DNA from: an uncultured Candidatus Saccharibacteria bacterium
GTDB lineage: Bacteria; Patescibacteriota; Minisyncoccia; Phycocordibacterales; Phycocordibacteraceae
DNA: 64,000 nt
Direction: 5' to 3'
NCBI GenBank assembly: GCA_964546795.1
Contig: CAZJKG010000004.1
Location: forward strand, 18,994-82,993
The position numbers and the translations under genes are program-made. The notes beneath the pieces are model-generated. The model worked only from the letters and a program-made list of their open reading frames with translations, searched no databases and was not told the origin of the DNA. This document shows, piece by piece, positions 36,843 to 44,516 of the stretch (position 1 is the stretch's first letter; each line of letters starts with the position of its first letter).

Positions 36843-37439
36843 CTAACGGAGTTCTTTCATTCTTTCAATTTCGCCGATCAAAATATTACGTAATTTTTTA
36901 TTATTAAAATAAACAGTGAGCACTCCATGCTTGGACTTCGTCCGGTAAGTTCCGATACTACCAGAGCGAGTATTGATAATTTTATAGAACTGTCGTGGGG
37001 AAACTTTGAGAAAACGCTGCCAGAATTGTTCTTCTTTCACCTGATCCATATCGCGAAAAATTTGCAGGCCGAAACGAAGACGAGATTCATCAATAGCGTA
37101 AGCTTTTCTTAAAAAGAGGATGAAAGACCGTACTAGATAAGGATCGGTATTGCCAAGTCGTACGGATGTTGGGTTCATTTTAGTACCTTCACCCCAATAT
37201 AAACCGAGACCAAGACCGAAAAGAAATGATTCTTTATTTGTTCGGTGGATTTGAAGCGAAAAAGGATCTCCATGTGGATTGTGTTTCGTATATATCGCCT
37301 CGCTAATCGAACGCTTTGAAATAGAATATTTATCTAGCCAATAATTTATCTTTCCATCGGAACAATGAAATGCTTGAGCGATATCGTGCACCGATTTTCG
37401 ATCGCGAATGTACCAATGCTCCAACAATTTCTTATTCAT
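36843..37439 (-). CDS. HTH + LAGLIDADG-like protein
   Basis: N-terminal HTH-like segment, GLGLYWGEG helix, RLGNTDP; paralog of 61048..61815. Confidence 0.6.
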   Translation of the reverse strand: MNKKLLEHWYIRDRKSVHDIAQAFHCSDGKINYWLDKYSISKRSISEAIYTKHNPHGDPFSLQIHRTNKESFLFGLGLGLYWGEGTKMNPTSVRLGNTDPYLVRSFILFLRKAYAIDESRLRFGLQIFRDMDQVKEEQFWQRFLKVSPRQFYKIINTRSGSIGTYRTKSKHGVLTVYFNNKKLRNILIGEIERMKELR

Positions 37440-37502
37440 TACTGCTAGTATCCCAACTATGATCTATTTAGTAAAGTAGTACCTGTGGATATATAAACTC
37501 TA

Positions 37503-37832
37503 CTAATACAGCAACACCCCAATCACGACCACGCTGTTGAAAACAGCCATAAGCATGTTCGCGAAGAAAATATGTTTGTCTTTATGCACGGCGCCATATG
37601 TCGCCCAAAGCGTGTTAAATAAAATGAAAAGAAGCCAAGTCGGAAGCGCTAGTCCGGCACCGCTCTTCGTCGTATAGATTTGCAGGATTTGCGGCACGAG
37701 CGCCAGTGGCGCGAAGATGCCGACGCCGTACATAACATAATCAAGAGTGCGTTTCCACGCATTCTTAGATGGAAACGGTTCAAGACCATTTGTAGCACGA
37801 ATACGCGCCCCTATGTGGTGAAAACCGAGCAT
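37503..37832 (-). CDS. PQ-loop/SemiSWEET-like transporter
   Basis: LVPQILQIYTTKS, three TMs, W..YG. Confidence 0.75.
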   Translation of the reverse strand: MLGFHHIGARIRATNGLEPFPSKNAWKRTLDYVMYGVGIFAPLALVPQILQIYTTKSGAGLALPTWLLFILFNTLWATYGAVHKDKHIFFANMLMAVFNSVVVIGVLLY

Positions 37833-37910
37833 GGATTAAGAGCTTCTTGTAAATATAGCACGACAAAACTCTCGCATCACGAGAAAAAATCTTTTTGGGG
37901 AAATACGGTG

Positions 37911-37984
37911 CGCGAGAGACGGGACTTGAACCCGCAACCTCCGCCGTGACAGGGCGGCGCTCTAACCAGTTGAGCTACTCCCGC
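37911..37984 (-). tRNA. tRNA-Asp(GTC)
   Basis: GCGGGAG/CTCTCGC-G, CCGCC-CTGTCAC-GGCGG. Confidence 0.95.
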
Positions 37985-38158
37985 AAGCGAGGAGAAATCT
38001 ACAAGCTCGCTTGTATGTTCTCCGAGCGCAGCGGGAGCAAGCTTGCCTCAAGCTTACTACCGCAGCATTCGGATGTATCCTACCAAAATCCTTTAAAAAT
38101 GTCGTGTGCGACCAAGAAAACAAGGAGCGGAGCGATTATGTTTTCTGAAGTACTCTTG

Positions 38159-38235
38159 TGGTGCCGGCGGAAGGACTTGCACCTTCGACCTTGGCTTTAT
38201 GAATGCCATGCTCTAACTACCTGAGCTACGCCGGC
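38159..38235 (-). tRNA. tRNA-Met(CAT), elongator type
   Basis: GCCGGCG/CGCCGGC-A-CCA, loop TTCATAA, paired G1-C72. Confidence 0.85.
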
Positions 38236-38344
38236 GAGTGAGGGCACATGGAATATATGTCTGCATATATTCCATGCTTCCCGAACGAGCCAAACGAACG
38301 GCTCGCTCCACAGACAGTAACAAAAGCATCCCTTTGAGACAATG

Positions 38345-39883
38345 TTAGGCGGCAAGACCGGGGAAAAAATCTGTTTTAATGGCGAAGCGCGAAATACCAA
38401 GATTGATAAGCACGACTTTCATCACGTCCACCATGCCGGGCGGGCCGGAGACATAGAACAGACGTTCGGCATAATCGGGAACTTCCTTTTTTATGAGCTC
38501 GGCATCAATGAATCCCTGATGGGTGCCGGGGAGGATTGGGGTTTCGCCAGAAATAACATAGACGGTACGCCAGCCGAATCGTCCCGCATTCGTGAACACG
38601 TCCTGATAGGCGATCTCGTCTGTTTTGCGACTGGAATAGAGCAATATTGCGTCACGCGACTCTCCCGCAGCTATGCAATGCCGCGCCATGCTGGCAAAGG
38701 GCGTTACACCGATACCGCCTGCAATGAAAACAAGTTTGCGTTCCTTATTTTCCGGCATTGTGAATTCGCCCGCAAGCGCGGTGGCGGAAATAACTCCCCC
38801 TACGGGAAGCTCCGCGAGCGTGCGCTTGAATGCACTCGGTTTGTCGTAGAAACGTACTCCGAGCGCAAGCATCATACTCTCGGGTGCCGACGCGATGGTG
38901 AAGAATCGACGATTGCCGCGGGTATCATTCGGCACCGAACCCAGCGTCCATTCAAGATATTGCCCGGGTGAAAAACTGAGTTGGCGATTGCTACGGAACA
39001 TATATTCGTAGATACCACTCGCGAGGGGATGGCGTTCAACGAGAGAAAGCGTATAGCGTCCCTTCGGACTCACGACATAGGAGAACAGATTTCCCACGAT
39101 GAGGGAGAATTCGGGAGAAAAATAGAAAGAACCGATATGCGGTGCCTGTATAAAGAGAGTGCCGATCAAGACGCCGTAGACAACGCGGAGCACGCGCGTG
39201 GGCGGCGTCGTGAGCGGCTCGGTGAGCATCACGAATGCGAAGAAGAATAAGACGGAATAGAGGAGCGTGGCTTGTATTCCGGCAATGGGATTGGAAGAGG
39301 TGAACGCAACGGCGGCGAGGGCGGCAATACCAAACGAGAGTACGAGGTCAAAACGTCGCAGTTTGTAAACGACGATCAATCCGCCGACAACAACAAAGGG
39401 GAGAAGTGCGGTATTCCCTGCGACCCACCACGACGCGGAAACACCGAGTACGAATGTAGAGAGTACCGCGGCGAGCGCGGCTGGATTGAATACATGTTTC
39501 TTCCATGGAGCAATGAGATATTTTGGTGCGATCGCCAGTAGCGCAATCACCGCAAGTCCTGCGGTTCCCACTGCATCGGTGGGCATGACCGACGGCATAA
39601 TGAGCGTAAGTATGAATGCCGTAATATAGATGGATTCAGTATTGGTGACTGCACAAAACATCCAAGCAAAGAAAGTGTTGGCCGCCCGTGACGCGGTTAT
39701 AAGAACCCCAGCCGACCAGAAAAGTGCGATTGGAGAATAAGGCAAGACACCAATTGCGCCAAAACAGAGCGCGGCGACAAAAAGCACGAGCAGATAATAG
39801 AGCATCAACCGATACGTCGTCGTACGGTCTATGAACTCTTTCAGTACTTTCTCTCCCCAGACGAAAGTGTTATTCCCCGGCAT
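38345..39883 (-). CDS. RnfD/NqrB-like membrane domain fused to FNR-type FAD/NAD oxidoreductase
   Basis: KHVFNPAA, MLTEPLTTP, then PGQY, RRFFTIAS, IAGGIGVTP, SGPPGM; start uncertain. Confidence 0.8.
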   Translation of the reverse strand: MPGNNTFVWGEKVLKEFIDRTTTYRLMLYYLLVLFVAALCFGAIGVLPYSPIALFWSAGVLITASRAANTFFAWMFCAVTNTESIYITAFILTLIMPSVMPTDAVGTAGLAVIALLAIAPKYLIAPWKKHVFNPAALAAVLSTFVLGVSASWWVAGNTALLPFVVVGGLIVVYKLRRFDLVLSFGIAALAAVAFTSSNPIAGIQATLLYSVLFFFAFVMLTEPLTTPPTRVLRVVYGVLIGTLFIQAPHIGSFYFSPEFSLIVGNLFSYVVSPKGRYTLSLVERHPLASGIYEYMFRSNRQLSFSPGQYLEWTLGSVPNDTRGNRRFFTIASAPESMMLALGVRFYDKPSAFKRTLAELPVGGVISATALAGEFTMPENKERKLVFIAGGIGVTPFASMARHCIAAGESRDAILLYSSRKTDEIAYQDVFTNAGRFGWRTVYVISGETPILPGTHQGFIDAELIKKEVPDYAERLFYVSGPPGMVDVMKVVLINLGISRFAIKTDFFPGLAA

Positions 39884-39902
39884 TATACCCTACTATAGCA
39901 GT

Positions 39903-40904
39903 ATGATTCATTATTTTGGGGGCGAACCGTGGGAAACGGATTATGTGCGCGCGAAGCTCCCAAACGAAAACATTGTTTTCCATGATGGCTCTATCGCGGC
40001 ACACCCGGACGCTGCGGATTCTAACGCATCGATGCTCTGCATCTTTGTAGAGGCACACGTCGGCGAGGACGAGCTCAAGCGATTTCCCGCCGTGAAGCTC
40101 ATCGCAACCCGGTCAACCGGCTTTGATCATATTGACCTAAGCGCGGCGGCCGCGCGCGGTATCACCGTGGTAAATGTTCCCTCGTATGGCGAGAACACCG
40201 TCGCCGAATTCGCGTTCGCACTCCTCCTCGCGCTCTCACGCCGCATTATTGACGCCGATGAGCGCGTGCGCGAGACCGGCACCTTCTCGCCGAGCGGGCT
40301 ACGTGGCTTTGACCTCGCCGGGAAAACCATCGGCGTCATCGGCACCGGTCATATCGGCATTCATGTTGTCCGTATGGCACAGGGCTTTGGCATGAAAGTC
40401 ATCGCATGCGATCCCTACCCGAATACGGAACTCGCCCGAACACTTCATTTTAACTACGTTCCTCTTGGTGATTTGCTTGCGGCCTCCGATATCGTCACTA
40501 TCCATGTCCCCTACAACAAACAAACGCATCATCTCATCAATAAAGAGAATATAAGGAACATAAAGAAAGGTGCCTATATCATAAATACCGCTCGCGGTGC
40601 GGTCATGGAAACACAGGCGCTTATCGAAGCACTGGAGAGCGGAATAGTCGCAGGTGCCGGACTTGACGTGCTGGAGGAGGAAGGTCAGCTAGCGGAAGAA
40701 GTGGCGCTTCTGACCGCACCACATCCAAATGAAGAAGGCCTCAAAATGGTGCTCGAAAATCACTATCTTATCAGCCATCCGCGCGTCATCGTGACGCCGC
40801 ACTTGGCATTCAATACGACGGAGGCCGTAGAGCGCATCCTCGATACGACCATAGAGAATATAGAGAACTTCAGAGCCGGCTTGCCGACCAACATCGTTAC
40901 ATAG
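39903..40904 (+). CDS. ldhA: D-isomer-specific 2-hydroxyacid (D-lactate) dehydrogenase
   Basis: RSTGFDHID, VAE, GTGHIG, INTARG, DVLE.E, TPHLAF. Confidence 0.85.
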   Translation: MIHYFGGEPWETDYVRAKLPNENIVFHDGSIAAHPDAADSNASMLCIFVEAHVGEDELKRFPAVKLIATRSTGFDHIDLSAAAARGITVVNVPSYGENTVAEFAFALLLALSRRIIDADERVRETGTFSPSGLRGFDLAGKTIGVIGTGHIGIHVVRMAQGFGMKVIACDPYPNTELARTLHFNYVPLGDLLAASDIVTIHVPYNKQTHHLINKENIRNIKKGAYIINTARGAVMETQALIEALESGIVAGAGLDVLEEEGQLAEEVALLTAPHPNEEGLKMVLENHYLISHPRVIVTPHLAFNTTEAVERILDTTIENIENFRAGLPTNIVT

Positions 40905-40958
40905 GGCTATATACAGATACCTGCACATACGCATGCGTGCAATATGGTGACCGAAGCC

Positions 40959-40994
40959 ATCCACAACTTGTAGCTATAGCGACAAGTTGTGGAT
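40959..40994. repeat. 36-bp palindrome copy 1
   Basis: ATCCACAACTTGTAGCTATAGCGACAAGTTGTGGAT (1 mismatch); extends to 40953-41000. Confidence 0.9.
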
Positions 40995-41021
40995 GGCTTC
41001 TGTTTTCATCTATCATCTATT

Positions 41022-41606
41022 TTATTCAAAAGGGAGTGCAAAATACTCGCGCAAGTACTTGTCGCGTTCGAGACGTTCGACAATCATATACAATACATCG
41101 GCACCGATACGGAAATTAGTTTTCACCAAGGCGATGAGATCTTCACAATCATACGGATAGATCCACACGCTGTCCTGAAGTCGTACGAATCCGTATTCCC
41201 CCATAAAACGTCGGAGACGGGTTCGTATGCTTTTGCGTTTCTCAGGAATATCAAATATGACCACTCGCCATCGTCGATCCCATTTTTTCTTTTCTTCCAT
41301 TATTCCTCGCTCGGTTTCTATCTGGAGCATTCGTTTCCCTTTTTCAGTTATACGTGCATAACGTTTACCGTTTTCTTCTACAAACACGACGCATCCTTTT
41401 GCTGCAAGGCGCCCGAGTGCGGACTTTGCTTGATAGTTAAATTTCGCACCTTTTTTGTATCCAGGAAAATATTTGAGGAGCCGGACGGCGTTCGGCATCG
41501 TTGCAGCAATCAACACCACTCCGCCGACCGCAGCCGCAGCAAGCAACGTCTGTTGAAATATGCCCCATCTTCTTTCCCTTTTTACATCCTTTTCCATCAT
41601 TCCCAT
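41022..41606 (-). CDS. PaaX-like protein (winged HTH + Cas2/VapD-like domain)
   Basis: ARITEKGK wing, WDRRWRVVIFDIPE.R..R..LR...GFVRLQDSVW. Confidence 0.8.
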   Translation of the reverse strand: MGMMEKDVKRERRWGIFQQTLLAAAAVGGVVLIAATMPNAVRLLKYFPGYKKGAKFNYQAKSALGRLAAKGCVVFVEENGKRYARITEKGKRMLQIETERGIMEEKKKWDRRWRVVIFDIPEKRKSIRTRLRRFMGEYGFVRLQDSVWIYPYDCEDLIALVKTNFRIGADVLYMIVERLERDKYLREYFALPFE

Positions 41607-41629
41607 CCGACTATTCTACCGCTCACACT

Positions 41630-41665
41630 ATCCACAACTTGTAGCTATAGCTACAAGTTGTGGAT
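41630..41665. repeat. 36-bp palindrome copy 2
   Basis: Perfect ATCCACAACTTGTAGCTATAGCTACAAGTTGTGGAT; extends to 41627-41668. Confidence 0.9.
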
Positions 41666-41909
41666 AGTACGCATAGATTAGATTAATATGGCGTGAATGG
41701 ATAGAATGTTCGACAGAATCTAAATGGGCTGGAAGAAGATCTGGGTCACATTGATGTGGATGATGGATAGTAGGAATGCTGTATGTAAAATGTAGGGGTT
41801 TTGGTTCCTATGACACTTTGAGATGATGTTCCCAGATGGTTGTCTCGGATTTTTGCCTACAGGCGAAAATCCGAGGCAGATGTGAACATGCAATGTACGT
41901 GTGATGACT

Positions 41910-41945
41910 ATCAACAACTTGTAGCTATAGCTACAAGTTGTGGAT
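41910..41945. repeat. 36-bp palindrome copy 3
   Basis: ATCAACAACTTGTAGCTATAGCTACAAGTTGTGGAT (1 mismatch). Confidence 0.9.
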
Positions 41946-42030
41946 GGTTGTACTAACTTAGTGAATGAGTATGGCTTGGGGGTATAAAAGAGAGCCGCCG
42001 CGTCGGGAGACGCGGCGAGTTAGAACGGTT

Positions 42031-42705
42031 TTATGTGCTTTGCTTTGATTCGTCCGGCTGCTTTTTGATTTGCTCAGCCGGCTTCTGTTCGCTTGGCTTC
42101 TTCTGTACTTGCTGGAAAATCGAGAAGGTAAAGACCCGATATGGAAGTATCATTTGGGCGAATTCCTCCGGGGTAATCGTCTCGTTTGCAGCGGCTTTGT
42201 CGATCCATGCATATACCAGTACATCTGGTTTTGGTATGAACACCATACCGAAGAAGTTTTGGTCACCGCGCGTTACGTAACGAAGCGAATCCGTTGCGAC
42301 TGCACCAGAACGAAGTTCACCCATAATGTGCCAACCGCGTAATTTTTCTTTTGCACTGGAAGAGAAGACGAAAATGGTTGTGAATTGAACCTCCTTTTCT
42401 TTTCCATCTTCCCCCACGATCAGCCGCGAACCGATTTGTTCCAGGTATACCGCTTTGTCCGCCGGTGGATTCTTCCAGAGATTGCGAATAAACGTCACTG
42501 CGCTGTCCCCAGAATTGATACTCGGGATACCTGCTCCCCGGTACATTCTGTCACCGTTGATGCTAAGAATCACGAGATTTTTTGTAATCGAACCTTCAGG
42601 AAGAAAAATCGCTCTGGGAGACACTTTTTCGATCCCTTGTTTCGGTTCCGAGGCGCATCCCGCACCGAATATCACCAGAAACAGAACGAGCGCTGGCTGT
42701 AGCAT
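42031..42705 (-). CDS. Hypothetical lipoprotein
   Basis: Hydrophobic leader with FGAGC lipobox, SD-like AAGGGGG, K/Q-rich tail. Confidence 0.55.
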   Translation of the reverse strand: MLQPALVLFLVIFGAGCASEPKQGIEKVSPRAIFLPEGSITKNLVILSINGDRMYRGAGIPSINSGDSAVTFIRNLWKNPPADKAVYLEQIGSRLIVGEDGKEKEVQFTTIFVFSSSAKEKLRGWHIMGELRSGAVATDSLRYVTRGDQNFFGMVFIPKPDVLVYAWIDKAAANETITPEEFAQMILPYRVFTFSIFQQVQKKPSEQKPAEQIKKQPDESKQST

Positions 42706-42838
42706 GGGAATCACCCCCTTTGTTTTGCGAAGTTATGAAGGACCAAAAGCACCTGCGATTACCGTACACCTAGATAGATAAAAAGTCAATAGTTATCAAC
42801 AAGATGCCAGAAAACCCTTATTCTTCAACATTTTTTGC

Positions 42839-44092
42839 CTAACCCGTTACCTCAAATGTGGTATTGAGCTTCGGTAGGAGTTTTTCAATGGGTTCGTACT
42901 TGAGTTTGAAATCAGCGTACAATTTCTTGAATTTCGTTCCCATGAGTCCCGCAAGGCAATTGTCCACGAATTCCAGAGGTGCTTCCTCGCAGAGCTTTGC
43001 GTATCCGGTCAGGCGTTCAATATCGGTCACAGAAGAAGTGTATTCGCCGCTGCTGTATTCGGAATCAATGAAGAGGCCAATCCCGCCACCAATGCCGATG
43101 TAGCAGTGTGTGCGGAGATCGGATGTGTTGGATACCCCAAGTGCCTCTATTTGGCGTATGACATCGGTGCAAATGCTATTCCCCGCTGCGAAATTAGTAT
43201 CCAGGAACCGCGGGGCACCCTCGTTAATACCTATGCGGTACAGGAGGAAAGCGAAACAATTCTCGCGGTTCTCTTCCGATATTGTGCTACACTCGCGGAA
43301 TTGCGAGGCAAATCCGTCGGGTGAGAATTCTGAGAAGAGAAATAGATTATGGCCGACTCCCGTGTAACACTGACGTATCAAGTCAGGTTTGGATATCGGA
43401 ATGATCTCTTCGCATTCTTCAAATGGAGCGTTCAGGTCGGTCGAGGATGATACGGCATACCGATACGTTTTCGGATAGGTAAGACCATAGTCACGTTCGG
43501 AAACCGAATCAATAATCTTCAGAACCGAGTACGTATGCTTGTCGTGGAGCAGATGTCCTATTTCGTGGGAGCACTGGTTTTCCTGCCCTTGCGGGCATAC
43601 GTCATAGAAGGACTTTAGGAGCGCTGTAGAATATCCATCCGCAAGCGCAAGCCGCTTATACACGCCCATAGTGTATCCCGCGGTGCATTTCCCAGAATTA
43701 TAGGAAAGGAGTTCCTGAAGCGGCTTGTCCCCGGCATGTGTCGCCGCAAAATCACCCACCGCATGATAGAACGTGTGGCAATTGGTGCCGAAAATCGCAT
43801 AGGCCTGATTGTCCACCGTCTTGAGGGATAGTTCGGTATTTTTCTCCAGAGTCCGGACGTATTGTCCAGTATCATCCGCCTGGGGAAAATGGTTCTCAAG
43901 AGTGACACGGTAACATGAGAACCGGAGGTGTGGCTTTGCCCTGTTGCAAGAGTAGACATCTTTCTCAAATGTATGAGTAGTTGTAGCGTAAAAGTAGAAG
44001 GAAGTTCCAAAAGAGATGATGAGAATAAAAACAAAGAAATATATTCTATGTGGGGATAGGGCCATGTCTAACATGCTCCACATACCACGCAT
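42839..44092 (-). CDS. Membrane-anchored Cys/His-repeat protein
   Basis: CHTFYHAVG, CTAGYTMG, CSHEIGH, CYTGVGH, CYIGIG repeats after an N-terminal TM. Confidence 0.65.
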   Translation of the reverse strand: MRGMWSMLDMALSPHRIYFFVFILIISFGTSFYFYATTTHTFEKDVYSCNRAKPHLRFSCYRVTLENHFPQADDTGQYVRTLEKNTELSLKTVDNQAYAIFGTNCHTFYHAVGDFAATHAGDKPLQELLSYNSGKCTAGYTMGVYKRLALADGYSTALLKSFYDVCPQGQENQCSHEIGHLLHDKHTYSVLKIIDSVSERDYGLTYPKTYRYAVSSSTDLNAPFEECEEIIPISKPDLIRQCYTGVGHNLFLFSEFSPDGFASQFRECSTISEENRENCFAFLLYRIGINEGAPRFLDTNFAAGNSICTDVIRQIEALGVSNTSDLRTHCYIGIGGGIGLFIDSEYSSGEYTSSVTDIERLTGYAKLCEEAPLEFVDNCLAGLMGTKFKKLYADFKLKYEPIEKLLPKLNTTFEVTG

Positions 44093-44095
44093 CTA

Positions 44096-44512
44096 TTATC
44101 GCGGAGGTAATTCAAATGCGTCAGGCGGAATAAATAGATTCTGTGACATGGTTTCCAACTGTTCCTTGACTGTCGGGTTGGTATTCACGCGGGGGTCAAT
44201 GAGTGCGGTGGGCGTCTGAGATGCTCGTACATCTGCCATTTTCTTTTTCTCTTCAAGAACCGGTTTTTCTTCTTCCAGTGCTGCGCCAAATTCCTGTGTT
44301 TGCGTATTAATCTCCTCGACGGCGGCCGGGGAAAATACCCGTTCCTCGTAGTGTCCCTCCGGGTTCACAGATACGCGACGCGTGGCGTACCACGTACCGA
44401 GCACGATAAGAAAAAGTAGGGCAAGGACACCAAGCCCTACTGTGAGACGCTCTTTCGGAGTATATCGCTCGATTATCTTATGAAATTGTCCTGTAAAGGT
44501 GTCGTAATTCAT
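44096..44512 (-). CDS. Hypothetical single-TM protein
   Basis: One TM; tight spacing to both neighbours. Confidence 0.6.
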   Translation of the reverse strand: MNYDTFTGQFHKIIERYTPKERLTVGLGVLALLFLIVLGTWYATRRVSVNPEGHYEERVFSPAAVEEINTQTQEFGAALEEEKPVLEEKKKMADVRASQTPTALIDPRVNTNPTVKEQLETMSQNLFIPPDAFELPPR

Positions 44513-44516
44513 AGCT

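Noticed and set aside
38159-38235. tRNA-Ile2(CAT) instead of Met
   Set aside because: A separate tRNA-Ile(TAT) is present and nothing visible favours Ile2; elongator Met is more parsimonious, though not proven
41720-41917. 65-aa ORF between palindromes
   Set aside because: Starts inside the repeat at a non-ATG codon, with no recognisable protein features
40959-41945. CRISPR array (36-bp repeats next to a Cas2-like gene)
   Set aside because: Gaps are 635 and 244 nt, one holds a whole gene, the repeats are full palindromes, and there is no cas1 or effector gene
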